DNA from: Arcobacteraceae bacterium
GTDB taxonomy: Bacteria; Campylobacterota; Campylobacteria; Campylobacterales; Arcobacteraceae
Direction of reading: 5' to 3'
Assembly: GCA_963662945.1 (NCBI GenBank)
Contig: OY759974.1
Location: 480,001-544,000 of the forward strand
Length of the DNA stretch: 64,000 bases
Under the pieces are notes generated by a model. It did not search any database, was not told the DNA's origin, and saw nothing but the letters and a program-made list of their open reading frames with translations. Positions 29,371 to 38,909 of this stretch are shown piece by piece. Position 1 is the stretch's first letter. Each line of letters begins with the position of its first letter. Both the position numbers and the translations under genes were made by a program.

Positions 29371-29784
29371 TTATATGTAATATACTAAATTAGAAGTGTC
29401 TTTTTCTAAAAATTCTTCTAATTCTGTTATTGTAATTTTAAAAATTTTTTCCACTTTTTTTTGAGTATCTTCCCAAAATGGTTGTAAAATATTTTTTTCT
29501 GTGTTATCATCTGTTTGTGCAAAACAACACTCCAAAGATTGTAATACATCAAATACTGTTATTATATTTGGATCTTGTGCTAGTTTGTAACCACCGTTTG
29601 CACCTCTTATACTAGTAACAAGCCCCGCTTTTTTTAATACCACTAAAATTTGTTCAAGATAATTTTGAGGAATTCCTCCTCTTAAAGCAATCTCTTTAGT
29701 TTGTAATAATTCACCATCTTTTTGTTTTGATAAGACAAGAACTGCTGTTAAACCATATTCACCTTTAGTAGATATAATCGCCAT
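29371..29784 (-). CDS. Rrf2-family regulator, CymR-like
   Basis: ISTKGEYGL, IPQNYLEQIL..LKKAGLV.SIRGANGGY.LA; lacks the three-Cys IscR motif; directly upstream of cysK; start at MAII with GGGAG RBS. Confidence 0.88.
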   Translation of the reverse strand: MAIISTKGEYGLTAVLVLSKQKDGELLQTKEIALRGGIPQNYLEQILVVLKKAGLVTSIRGANGGYKLAQDPNIITVFDVLQSLECCFAQTDDNTEKNILQPFWEDTQKKVEKIFKITITELEEFLEKDTSNLVYYI

Positions 29785-29814
29785 TATGAACTCCCTTTTC
29801 AAACTAATTACGAA

Positions 29815-29890
29815 ATAATATCAAATTTTTTATTTAATGTCAAGTAAATCTATCAAGTTACTTGACATTAAAAAATTTATTTGTTACTAT
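29815..29890. promoter_or_regulatory. Mirror-image divergent sigma70 promoters within a 15-bp inverted repeat
   Basis: Plus: TTGACA(29862)-17-TACTAT with TG extension. Minus: TTGACA(29843)-17-TATTAT with TG extension. Arms TTTAATGTCAAGTAA / TTACTTGACATTAAA. Confidence 0.75.
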
Positions 29891-29921
29891 TCCGTTATAT
29901 TATAAAGAAAAAAGGATAAAT

Positions 29922-31001
29922 ATGTTTAATTTAGCAAATTATGAAATTTATGAAATAATCAATATTTTAGGCTTATTACTAGGAATTACCTTTGGTATGG
30001 TGGCTCAGAAAAATCAATTTTGTTTTAGTGGTTCAATCAAAGATTATATTTTAACAAATAGTACAAGAAGAGCTTCGTCTATTATTATGGCGATGATTGT
30101 TGCAATAAGCTCAACCTATCTAATTTCATTATATTTTGAAATAGATTTAACACAAACAAATTATTTTAGAGAAAATATTAACTATTTTTCAATTATATTA
30201 GGTGGCATATTATTTGGAATAGGAATGATGATTGCTGATGGATGTAGTAGTAGACATTTAATCAAGTTTTCACAAGGTGATTCCAACTCACTTGTAACAG
30301 TTATATTTATAGGAATATTTGCTTATGCAACCACAAAAGGTGTATTTCATAGTTTCATTTCTCAAATTACTAATAATCAAACTTTAATAAATATGTCATC
30401 ATATATTGAAAACATACAACTAAATATCTATATTGTAATTATACCTTTACTCATAGTATTATGGATTTTAACAAAAAGCTTTAAAAGAATTGTATCTCTA
30501 AAAGATGGTTTTATAATTGGATTACTTATCCCAGTTGGTTGGTATGTAACAGGGGTTATTGGTATTAATGAACTTGATAGACAAATCAGCTTAACTAGTA
30601 TGACTTTTGTATATCCTACAGCTAAAACTCTAGAATTTTTTACATATTATGAAGTGAATGAACTTTCATTTACTATAAGTATTATTATAGGAGTTATTTT
30701 GGGAGGATTTTTTATGTCAAAAATTAATAAAAAATTCTCATTTGGTTGTACTTCCAATATTAAGACGAGTAAATTAAAAAATAGTATGATAGGTGGTGCT
30801 TTAATGGGTATTGGTGGAGTTATGGCGATAGGTTGTACGGTGGGACAAGGTCTTACAGGATTATCAACATTAGCATTTGCATCAATATTGGCTATATCTT
30901 CAATAATGCTTTCAGGATATATTACAGCTATTTATCTTAATAAAAAAGAGCAACTTCCTATGTGTTTTGTTTTTGATTGGGAAGATAAAGACTTAAAATA
31001 A
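29922..31001 (+). CDS. yeeE: YeeE/YedE (TsuA) thiosulfate or sulfur-compound transporter
   Basis: Multi-TM; FCF, GGILFGIGMMIADGC, GGALMGIGGVMAIGCTVGQG; ATG 29922 has an AAGGA RBS. Confidence 0.9.
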   Translation: MFNLANYEIYEIINILGLLLGITFGMVAQKNQFCFSGSIKDYILTNSTRRASSIIMAMIVAISSTYLISLYFEIDLTQTNYFRENINYFSIILGGILFGIGMMIADGCSSRHLIKFSQGDSNSLVTVIFIGIFAYATTKGVFHSFISQITNNQTLINMSSYIENIQLNIYIVIIPLLIVLWILTKSFKRIVSLKDGFIIGLLIPVGWYVTGVIGINELDRQISLTSMTFVYPTAKTLEFFTYYEVNELSFTISIIIGVILGGFFMSKINKKFSFGCTSNIKTSKLKNSMIGGALMGIGGVMAIGCTVGQGLTGLSTLAFASILAISSIMLSGYITAIYLNKKEQLPMCFVFDWEDKDLK

Positions 31002-31021
31002 CAAGAAAGATATTATCTAAA

Positions 31022-31675
31022 CTAAAATTCAGATAATATCTTTAGTTGTTCCTCTTTTGTATAATTAAATTTAAACTCACACTCTTTTAAGTAGTGAAAA
31101 AAATTCGCATCATTTATTCCCTTATATTTTAAAATATAGTTTTCAAAAAAATTCCAAAATTTAATAATTGTATTATCAAGTTGTTTTGTTTTTGCAATCT
31201 TATTAAACATCATAAAACGTGAAAACTCTTTAAAATAAACCTCTTCTAAATTATCACTTTGAAACTGTTGCTTATATCTATTAAGATTTGGCATAAGAAG
31301 ATTATAAACTTTATTTTCATCATAACAAAAAGTTAAAAAATTTTGTGCCTCAAAAATATTTTCTTTTATTTTCTTTTTAGTTTTTGGTAAATACACATAC
31401 TCATCATATTCTTTTGTTTCAAATTTTTCATACTGTTCTTCTAAATAAGAGATCAGATATTCTCTATAAGAAACAAATTTTTTTTGCACTGTTTTATAGT
31501 TCATTTGTAAACTTTTTGCTGTTTCATTAATATTTTTATTATTACAAAAATATTCACAAATTTTTTGCTCTTGTAAAATTTTATTTGTACTAAATTTTCT
31601 TTTACATTTTGAACATTTTTCCTGACCAGTTTTTAACTTATAGGTAACGCTATGATTACAATATGGACATCTCAT
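31022..31675 (-). CDS. IS1595-family transposase-like protein with degenerate catalytic core
   Basis: Zn ribbon CPYC..CSKCKRKF; HTH (INETAKSLQMNYKTV); YDE; C-term FWNF...KYKGI...F.HYLKECEFKFN; no terminal repeats seen. Confidence 0.7.
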   Translation of the reverse strand: MRCPYCNHSVTYKLKTGQEKCSKCKRKFSTNKILQEQKICEYFCNNKNINETAKSLQMNYKTVQKKFVSYREYLISYLEEQYEKFETKEYDEYVYLPKTKKKIKENIFEAQNFLTFCYDENKVYNLLMPNLNRYKQQFQSDNLEEVYFKEFSRFMMFNKIAKTKQLDNTIIKFWNFFENYILKYKGINDANFFHYLKECEFKFNYTKEEQLKILSEF

Positions 31676-31797
31676 ACGCTATTGTATCATAATTAGTACC
31701 AAAAATACATAAGAAATGATTTTTTTTATATTGCTTTTAAATATTTTAGTCAAAATATGAATGTTAATTCACAAAGTAAAAATTATGAGGAGTGAGT

Positions 31798-32310
31798 ATG
31801 AAAATTTTGGCGTTAATGTTAGTGTTGTCTAGCTTAGTTTTTGGGCATACAAATATGCTTGAACATGGTGGTTTTATGAGTGGCTTTATGCATCCTATTA
31901 GTGGGCTTGATCATATTCTTGCTATGCTTGGTGTTGGTATGGTTGCATTTTATGCTACACAAAAAGGGTTTTTAACTCTTGTTGCTTTTATAGGTGCTAT
32001 GGTTTTAGCTGCTATAGCTGGATATAATGGTTTACAACTAGTAGGTATGGAAGAGGGAATTTTAATCTCAATTGCTGTAGTATTTGGTCTTATTGGATTT
32101 GCTTCTAAGCTTCCAATTGGTACTATTGTAGCTGTAGTTGCATTTTTTGGTATGTTTCATGGATTTGCACATGGAGCAGAGTTTACAACAGGAAACTTTA
32201 TAGCTTATATGTTTGGATTTTCAAGTTCAACGTTAATACTTCATTTAAGTGGTATGGCGATGGCTTACTTATATACAAAACAAGCACAATTAGTATTCAG
32301 TAATAACTAA
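31798..32310 (+). CDS. hupE: HupE/UreJ nickel transporter
   Basis: GFMHPISGLDHILAMLGVG, FHGFAHGAE, LHLSG. Confidence 0.92.
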   Translation: MKILALMLVLSSLVFGHTNMLEHGGFMSGFMHPISGLDHILAMLGVGMVAFYATQKGFLTLVAFIGAMVLAAIAGYNGLQLVGMEEGILISIAVVFGLIGFASKLPIGTIVAVVAFFGMFHGFAHGAEFTTGNFIAYMFGFSSSTLILHLSGMAMAYLYTKQAQLVFSNN

Positions 32311-32327
32311 AACTCTAAAGAGGTAAG

Positions 32328-32966
32328 ATGGAATTAGGTCTATTATTAATTTTTTGGTATGGTATCTTACACGCTTTTGGACCTGACCATCTTACTGCTA
32401 TTGCAGACTTTTCTATAGGGAAATCTAAAAAGAAAACTTTATTGATAACAATTGCATTCGCCATAGGACATGGTGTGATGCTTTTTTTATTTGCAAAACT
32501 TTTAGAATTTTATAATCTACCAGAGTATATTACAAATTATGGGGATACAATTAGTTCAATTGTAATTTTATCTATGGGACTTTATATACTATTTATGGTT
32601 TTTTCAGATAGAATTCAACTCAAGATTCATAATCATGCAGGGAAAGAACATATTCACATTTGGTTTGGAAAAAATCACGAACATGACAATACTGCTACAA
32701 CTTCAGCCTTTACTATTGGGGCTTTAATGGGTATTGGTGGAGTTAGAGGTATGCTAGTTACATTAGGACTAATTGAAGGTCAAAGTGTTGATTTAAGTTT
32801 AATACTCATGTTTATTTTAGGGGTTAGTGTAGTCTTTGTTTCACTAGGTGTTATCATACTCTATATAAATCAAAATCTCTTAAATAATATACAAAATATA
32901 CGAAGAGTATTTACAACAGTTGGAACTATTTCTGTACTTGTTGGTATAAATATGCTTGTAGGCTAA
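32328..32966 (+). CDS. Nickel/cobalt permease (NiCoT/UreH-like)
   Basis: GILHAFGPDHL, GH, His-rich loop HNHAGKEHIH; multi-TM; hyp context. Confidence 0.78.
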   Translation: MELGLLLIFWYGILHAFGPDHLTAIADFSIGKSKKKTLLITIAFAIGHGVMLFLFAKLLEFYNLPEYITNYGDTISSIVILSMGLYILFMVFSDRIQLKIHNHAGKEHIHIWFGKNHEHDNTATTSAFTIGALMGIGGVRGMLVTLGLIEGQSVDLSLILMFILGVSVVFVSLGVIILYINQNLLNNIQNIRRVFTTVGTISVLVGINMLVG

Positions 32967-32998
32967 ATAAAATAATTTTAATAAAAAAAGGAAGAAAT

Positions 32999-33784
32999 AT
33001 GTGTAAAGATTGCGGTTGTAGTATAACAGAACATGAACATAGTCATCATCATACTCATGAGGAGGAAGGACATCACCACCATCATCACCATGATGATAAA
33101 ATGGAAAATGTTCATGCAAACCCACAGTTAAATGATAAGAAAACAGTTGATGTTATCAAAAAAATATTAGATAAAAATGATCATGAAGCTATGCATAATA
33201 GAAAACATTTTGACTCTCATAATGTATTAGCAATCAACCTTATGTCAAGCCCAGGAAGTGGGAAAACAACACTTTTAGAAAAACTAGCAGACATCGCTCC
33301 TTTTAAATTTGGTGTTATTGAAGGTGATTTAGAAACTTCAAGAGATGCAGATAGACTCAAAGCAAAAGGGATTCCAGCATATCAAATACAAACAGGTTCA
33401 GCTTGTCATCTTGATGCATTTATGGTACATAAAGGGCTTCATGATATGCCTTTAAATGATATAGATATTTGTTTTGTAGAAAATGTTGGGAATCTTGTTT
33501 GTCCTGCTTCTTATGATGTAGGAACTCACCTAAATATTGTCCTTGTATCAGTTCCTGAAGGAAATGATAAAATAGAAAAATACCCAGTTATGTTTAGAAG
33601 TGCAGACTTAGTGCTTATTACTAAAACCGATTTATTAGCACATTTTGATTATGATATAGAACATGAAAAACAAGAAGCTAGAAGATTAAAACCAAATGTG
33701 GATATTTTAGAAGTAAGTACAAAAGATGAAGCTTCTATACAAAAAGTAGTAAATTGGATAAAATTTAAAATGGAGATGCGATAA
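32999..33784 (+). CDS. hypB: Hydrogenase nickel-insertion GTPase HypB
   Basis: MCKDCGC, poly-His tract, SSPGSGKTTLLE, CHLDA, ENVGNLVCPA, TKTD. Confidence 0.97.
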   Translation: MCKDCGCSITEHEHSHHHTHEEEGHHHHHHHDDKMENVHANPQLNDKKTVDVIKKILDKNDHEAMHNRKHFDSHNVLAINLMSSPGSGKTTLLEKLADIAPFKFGVIEGDLETSRDADRLKAKGIPAYQIQTGSACHLDAFMVHKGLHDMPLNDIDICFVENVGNLVCPASYDVGTHLNIVLVSVPEGNDKIEKYPVMFRSADLVLITKTDLLAHFDYDIEHEKQEARRLKPNVDILEVSTKDEASIQKVVNWIKFKMEMR

Positions 33785-33785
33785 T

Positions 33786-34070
33786 ATGTGTTTATCAATA
33801 CCTAGTCGTGTAACAAAGATAGATAAAAAAAACAATATGGCTACAGTGGATACTATGGGTATTTCACGAGAAGCCAGTCTTGATTTAATGGAAGATGGTG
33901 ATGTAAATATTGGAGATTATGTTTTACTTCACATTGGCTTTATTATGAATAAGATTGATGAAGAAGATGCTCTAGCCTCCCTAGAAACCTATCAAGAAAT
34001 TTTACAAGCAATGGATGAAGAGGAGAGGCAAAAAGCTATAGAAGAAAGCGACAACTGTCCAAATGGATAA
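33786..34070 (+). CDS. hypC: Hydrogenase chaperone HypC
   Basis: MCLSIP, GDYVLLHIGF. Confidence 0.96.
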   Translation: MCLSIPSRVTKIDKKNNMATVDTMGISREASLDLMEDGDVNIGDYVLLHIGFIMNKIDEEDALASLETYQEILQAMDEEERQKAIEESDNCPNG

Positions 34071-35187
34071 ACTACAATTAAAAGATTTATACGATGGTTT
34101 TCGGCAACCTGAAGTTATAAAATCTTATGCAAGACTCATTTCAAAAGAGGCTCTACAATTACAAAAGCCTATAAATATTATGGAAGTATGTGGCGGACAT
34201 ACGCATAGTATTATGAAATATGGTTTAAATCAACTACTTCCAGAAAATGTAAACTTTATACACGGACCAGGATGTCCTGTCTGTGTAATGCCAAAAGAGA
34301 GAATTGATCATGCTTACACTTTAGCTCTACTTCCTAATGTAATTTTAGTAACATTAGGAGATATGATAAAAGTACCTGGAAGTAATGGTAACTTGCAAGA
34401 TGCAAGAGCAAAAGGTGCCGATGTACGATTTGTTTATTCTCCTCTTGATTGTCTTAAAATTGCTAGTGAAAATTCTGATAAAACAATCATCTTTTTTGCT
34501 ATAGGGTTTGAAACTACAACTCCTATGACTACAGCACTTATAAATCAAGTGATACAAAAAGACATCAAAAATATACTTTTTCATATCAATCACATCACAG
34601 TACCTGAACCTATGAAGATTTTATTAGATGATCCTACAAATACGATAGATGCTTTTATAGGACCTTCTCATGTTAGTGTTATAAGTGGTAGTAAAATCTA
34701 TGATGAGTTTGCACAAAACTATAAAAAACCTGTCGTTGTAAGTGGTTTTGAACCACTTGATGTGATGCAATCTGTTCTAATGATTTTAAAACAAATCAAT
34801 GAAGGAAGATGTGAAGTTGAAGTTGAATATAGTAGAAGCGTTTCAAAAGAAGGTAACCTCGTAGCTCAAAAACTCAATGATAAGTATTTTGAAAGAAGAG
34901 AGCATTTTAGATGGAGAGGGATTGGGGATATTCCAAAGAGTGCCTTAAAACTTAAAAGTGAATACTCTTATCTTGATGCCGAAGTAAAATATGCTGATAT
35001 TCTCCCTACACAACTTATAGATGACCACAAACTTTGTATTTGTGGAGAGATACTCAAAGGGAAAGCAAATCCAGTTGACTGTAAAGTATTTGGAAAAGCC
35101 TGTACACCATCAACTCCACTTGGAAGTTGTATGGTAAGCAGTGAGGGTGCTTGTGCTGCTTATTATAAATATGGTGGTATTTTATAA
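34063..35187 (+). CDS. hypD: Hydrogenase maturation protein HypD
   Basis: MEVCGGHTH, GPGCPVC, GFETT, PSHVS, GSCMVSSEGACAAYYKY. Confidence 0.97.
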   Translation: MDKLQLKDLYDGFRQPEVIKSYARLISKEALQLQKPINIMEVCGGHTHSIMKYGLNQLLPENVNFIHGPGCPVCVMPKERIDHAYTLALLPNVILVTLGDMIKVPGSNGNLQDARAKGADVRFVYSPLDCLKIASENSDKTIIFFAIGFETTTPMTTALINQVIQKDIKNILFHINHITVPEPMKILLDDPTNTIDAFIGPSHVSVISGSKIYDEFAQNYKKPVVVSGFEPLDVMQSVLMILKQINEGRCEVEVEYSRSVSKEGNLVAQKLNDKYFERREHFRWRGIGDIPKSALKLKSEYSYLDAEVKYADILPTQLIDDHKLCICGEILKGKANPVDCKVFGKACTPSTPLGSCMVSSEGACAAYYKYGGIL

Positions 35188-35540
35188 TGGATTTAGACAA
35201 AATAAAACAAAGAATACAAAAATTTAGTGATGATAGAAATTGGAACTCTCACCACAATCCTAAAAATCTAGTTATGGCGCTCAGTGGGGAAGTTGGAGAG
35301 CTCAATGAAATATTTCAATGGCTTGATTTTGATGACTCTTTGAAGCTTCCCCCAGAAGTTTTAGAACATACAAAAGAGGAAGTGGCAGACATAGCTATTT
35401 ACTTACTTCGTCTTTGTATGAAACTTGATATAGACCTAGAAGATGCAATTCATAATAAAATGGGTAAAAATGAGATAAAATATCCTATTCACAATTCAAA
35501 AGGTGACCAGAAAAAATATAGTAAAAGTCTAAATAGATAA
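35187..35540 (+). CDS. MazG-like nucleotide pyrophosphohydrolase (dCTP diphosphatase type)
   Basis: RNW..HNPKNLVMALSGEVGELNEIFQW, EEVADI..YL, KNEIKYP. Confidence 0.9.
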   Translation: MDLDKIKQRIQKFSDDRNWNSHHNPKNLVMALSGEVGELNEIFQWLDFDDSLKLPPEVLEHTKEEVADIAIYLLRLCMKLDIDLEDAIHNKMGKNEIKYPIHNSKGDQKKYSKSLNR

Positions 35541-35554
35541 GAAAGCACAAATAT

Positions 35555-36529
35555 ATGAATTTAAAACAATATAAACAAAAACTCATTGATTTATTAATTA
35601 CTCTAAAACAATTTGATATCAATAAAGCAGATGATGATTATCAAGAACTAGAAAAGCTTTTTGATGTGGTATATAAAAGTGGTGTTTTAAATATCACTCA
35701 CCTTGAAAAAAACATACAAGATGAATTTAAATTAGAACTTTTTACATTTCTATCAAGTATATCAGGTAGCTTAGCATTTTTAACTATACAAATATTAGCA
35801 GCTTATAATATTATGACAAAAAACAATTTTCACAAACGAGAATTTTATTGTCATAAAAAATGTGGAATAGCTATTAATCATCTTCGGGCTCCTGTAACAG
35901 TCATTAGTGGTAAAAAAGTTGCAGGTGGTTTTATACTTAACGGAACTTTAACATGGGCAAGTGGTTACAAAATATTTGATACGCTTCTTATTGGTTTTCA
36001 TAATGATGATTTTGAATATGAAGCAATGACACAATTTACACAACAAAAGGGATTTCATATAGGTGAAATAGAAAAAACATTTGTTGGATATGCACTTAAT
36101 ACTGTAAATATTGAACTCGAAGATTTTTTTGTTAAAGATGAAGATATTATTTCATCGCACGATATAGGAAATTATACACAAGTAAAATCCGCATCAAAAA
36201 CTGTACATTTTTGTCTTTATGGATTGGCATTATCTGCAATTTTACAATCACATAACAAACAATTTATCTCAAAAGCAACTTATGACCTTGAAACAATAAA
36301 AAATAAAATAATTAACTCTACAGACACTTATGAACTTGACCTTTTACGTGTTGAACTATTTGATTTAGCACAAGATATAGTTACTACTGCTATGACTTTA
36401 TTAGGTGGTATTTCTGTGTTATCATCACAAAATCTACAAAGAGCATATAGAGAGCTTATAATGTTTAATTCAAATGGTTTAAATGATACTTTAAAAGATA
36501 TCTTTAAAACAAAATTTATCAATAGATAA
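35555..36529 (+). CDS. Acyl-CoA dehydrogenase-like protein
   Basis: SGSLAF, GFILNGTLTWASG, C-term LGG......LQRAYRE. Confidence 0.65.
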   Translation: MNLKQYKQKLIDLLITLKQFDINKADDDYQELEKLFDVVYKSGVLNITHLEKNIQDEFKLELFTFLSSISGSLAFLTIQILAAYNIMTKNNFHKREFYCHKKCGIAINHLRAPVTVISGKKVAGGFILNGTLTWASGYKIFDTLLIGFHNDDFEYEAMTQFTQQKGFHIGEIEKTFVGYALNTVNIELEDFFVKDEDIISSHDIGNYTQVKSASKTVHFCLYGLALSAILQSHNKQFISKATYDLETIKNKIINSTDTYELDLLRVELFDLAQDIVTTAMTLLGGISVLSSQNLQRAYRELIMFNSNGLNDTLKDIFKTKFINR

Positions 36530-36532
36530 CTT

Positions 36533-37222
36533 ATGTATCAAATATCATTTATAGACCTTATTTGGATAGTATTACCACTTTTATTTGTTTATTATATCTA
36601 TCAAAAATGGAGCAATGACAAAATAACTATCCCCTATGCCATATCGCGAATGTTTTTACAACTTATCGTTATAGGATATGTCCTCACCTATATTTTTGAA
36701 ACAAAAAACTTTTATATTATCATGGCTATACTTTCTATTATGCTTATTGTTGCTAGCATTATAAGTTTACGCCCTGTTGCAAAAAAAAATCTACAACTTT
36801 ATTGGTTTAGTTTTCTATCTATTTTTATTGGTGGTGGTATCACTTTGGTATTTGTTATTGGAGGTGTTTTAAATCTTACACTTTGGTATGAACCTCGTTT
36901 TTTAATACCACTTGCAGGTATGATTTTTGCTAATTCTATGAATAGTGTTTCTATCTCTGCTGAACGATTTAATGTAGAATATGAAAGAAGTTTTCAATAT
37001 GAAAGTTCACGAAATACAGCCTATAAAGCGGCACTTATTCCAACTATAAATACCCTCTTTGCTGTTGGACTTGTATCTATTCCTGGTATGATGACAGGGC
37101 AAATACTTTCAGGTGTTTCTCCACTTATTGCGGTAAAATATCAAATTATGGTTATGTGTATGATACTAGTAAGTAGTGGTATATCAACAGCCATGTATCT
37201 CAAACTACTACAACAAAGGTAA
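36533..37222 (+). CDS. UPF0014/YbbM (FetB-like) ABC permease
   Basis: RMFLQL..IGYVL, IPLAGMIFANSMN, GLVSIPGMMTGQILSG..PL.AVKYQI. Confidence 0.9.
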   Translation: MYQISFIDLIWIVLPLLFVYYIYQKWSNDKITIPYAISRMFLQLIVIGYVLTYIFETKNFYIIMAILSIMLIVASIISLRPVAKKNLQLYWFSFLSIFIGGGITLVFVIGGVLNLTLWYEPRFLIPLAGMIFANSMNSVSISAERFNVEYERSFQYESSRNTAYKAALIPTINTLFAVGLVSIPGMMTGQILSGVSPLIAVKYQIMVMCMILVSSGISTAMYLKLLQQR

Positions 37223-37225
37223 TAA

Positions 37226-37894
37226 ATGTCAGAATTAGAAAATGAATTTTTAGATAATAAAAATAAAGAAAAAGATATATGGAGAATGTTCAAAATATTA
37301 AGTGATTTTACAGATGCTTATGAAGATTTAAATACTCTTCCTCCTGCTATATCTATTTTTGGAAGTGCTAGAACTACTAAAGATGACCCTAACTACACAA
37401 AAGCTTATAAACTTTCTAAACGATTATCAAAAGAAGGCTTCGCTATCATCACAGGAGGTGGCGGTGGTATAATGGAAGCTGGAAACAAAGGTGCAAAAAT
37501 CTCTGTAGGACTTAATATCCAGCTACCAAATGAACAAAAAATGAATAAATTTGTAAAAAAAGCTTTACATTTTAGATATTTTTTTACAAGAAAAGTAACT
37601 TTTATCAAATACTCTGTTGCTTTTGTGGTTATGCCTGGAGGATTTGGAACTTTAGATGAACTTTCTGAAGCTTTATGTTTAGTTCAAACTAAAAGAATGG
37701 GTGCATTCCCAATAGTTTTATTTGGAAAAGAATTTTTTGCTCCACTTGAGGATTTTTTTAAAATGATGCTTAAACACAAATATATAGATAAAAAAGATAT
37801 GTCAACGTACCTTATCACTGATGATATAGATGAAGCGGTATCTTATATAGAAAAATACACTATTAAAAATGGATATAACTCATGGGCACAATAA
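37226..37894 (+). CDS. LOG-family (TIGR00730) nucleotide 5'-monophosphate nucleosidase
   Basis: IFGSAR, TGGGGGIMEAGNKGA, FRYFFTRK, PGGFGTLDE. Confidence 0.92.
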   Translation: MSELENEFLDNKNKEKDIWRMFKILSDFTDAYEDLNTLPPAISIFGSARTTKDDPNYTKAYKLSKRLSKEGFAIITGGGGGIMEAGNKGAKISVGLNIQLPNEQKMNKFVKKALHFRYFFTRKVTFIKYSVAFVVMPGGFGTLDELSEALCLVQTKRMGAFPIVLFGKEFFAPLEDFFKMMLKHKYIDKKDMSTYLITDDIDEAVSYIEKYTIKNGYNSWAQ

Positions 37895-38871
37895 AACTAG
37901 CACACGGAAACGGTGGAGAAGAAAATAATAAACTTATAAGTGAAGTTTTTTACAAAGCTTTTCAAAATGAAATTTTAGCCAAAAGCGAAGATGCTGCAGT
38001 TATAGAAAATGGTAAACTTGCTTTTTCAACAGATAGCTTTACTGTAAGCCCCCTATTCTTCAGTGGAGCAAATATAGGAAAACTTGCTATTTGTGGTACT
38101 TGTAATGATTTAGCAATGATGGGTGCACGTCCTAAATATCTCACTTGTAGTGTGATTATTGAAGAAGGTTTTAGTATTGATGATTTAAATACCATTGTAG
38201 CTTCTATGAAAGAAGAATTAGAAAAGAATGGAGCAATAGTCGTAAGTGGTGACACAAAGGTTATGCCCAAAGGAACCATTGATAAAATTATTATAAATAC
38301 AACTGGAATTGGAGAAATACTCAAACACAATATTAGTTCAAACAATATTTCATCTGAAGATATAATACTTGTAAATAGAGATATAGGAGCTCATGGAGCT
38401 ACAATCTTTACAGCTCGTGAAGGAATTGATATGAGCAGTAGTTTACAAAGTGATTGTACCTCTTTATATCCAATTGTAAAAGCTTTAATTGATGCAAATA
38501 TCAAGATAACAGCAATGAGAGATGCAACAAGAGGTGGAGTGAGTGCAGTACTAAATGAATGGTCAAAACAATCAAACATATGTATTGAAGTTAATGAAGA
38601 GACAATACCTGTTAGTGATGAAGTAAATGGTGTGTGTGAAATGCTAGGTTTTGAACCAACATCTTTGGCAAATGAAGGAACTTTTGTACTTGCAATCAAT
38701 AAAGAGGATCAATACAAAGCTCTCGAAATATTAAAAGATTTTAATCAAAATGCTTCAATCATAGGAAAAGTAACTGATAAATATCTGCAAAAAGTTGTTT
38801 TAAATAGTGCCTATGGTACTTCAAGATTTTTAGATACACCAACAGGTGAATTACTTCCAAGAATTTGTTAA
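37882..38871 (+). CDS. hypE: Hydrogenase maturation protein HypE
   Basis: LAHGNGG, STDSFTV, GTCNDLAM, SGDTKV, RDATRGG, C-term LLPRIC. Confidence 0.97.
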   Translation: MGTIKLAHGNGGEENNKLISEVFYKAFQNEILAKSEDAAVIENGKLAFSTDSFTVSPLFFSGANIGKLAICGTCNDLAMMGARPKYLTCSVIIEEGFSIDDLNTIVASMKEELEKNGAIVVSGDTKVMPKGTIDKIIINTTGIGEILKHNISSNNISSEDIILVNRDIGAHGATIFTAREGIDMSSSLQSDCTSLYPIVKALIDANIKITAMRDATRGGVSAVLNEWSKQSNICIEVNEETIPVSDEVNGVCEMLGFEPTSLANEGTFVLAINKEDQYKALEILKDFNQNASIIGKVTDKYLQKVVLNSAYGTSRFLDTPTGELLPRIC

Positions 38872-38879
38872 TATTTTCT

Positions 38880-38909
38880 AACCTTATAGTTTATAACAAC
38901 AATAAGGTT
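38880..38909. terminator. Possible terminator between convergent hypE and the Na/Pi cotransporter
   Basis: AACCTTAT...ATAAGGTT inverted repeat with a long loop. Confidence 0.4.

Noticed and set aside
31002-31720. Active IS1595 element
   Set aside because: No terminal inverted repeats or target duplication visible and catalytic residues are missing; kept only as a domestication candidate
33030-33095. His-rich low-complexity tract
   Set aside because: Normal nickel-binding region of HypB
36781-36789. Poly-A tract in the FetB-like gene (similar tracts in nifE and the kinase)
   Set aside because: Expected in an AT-rich genome; frames intact; no poly-G/C contingency tracts seen
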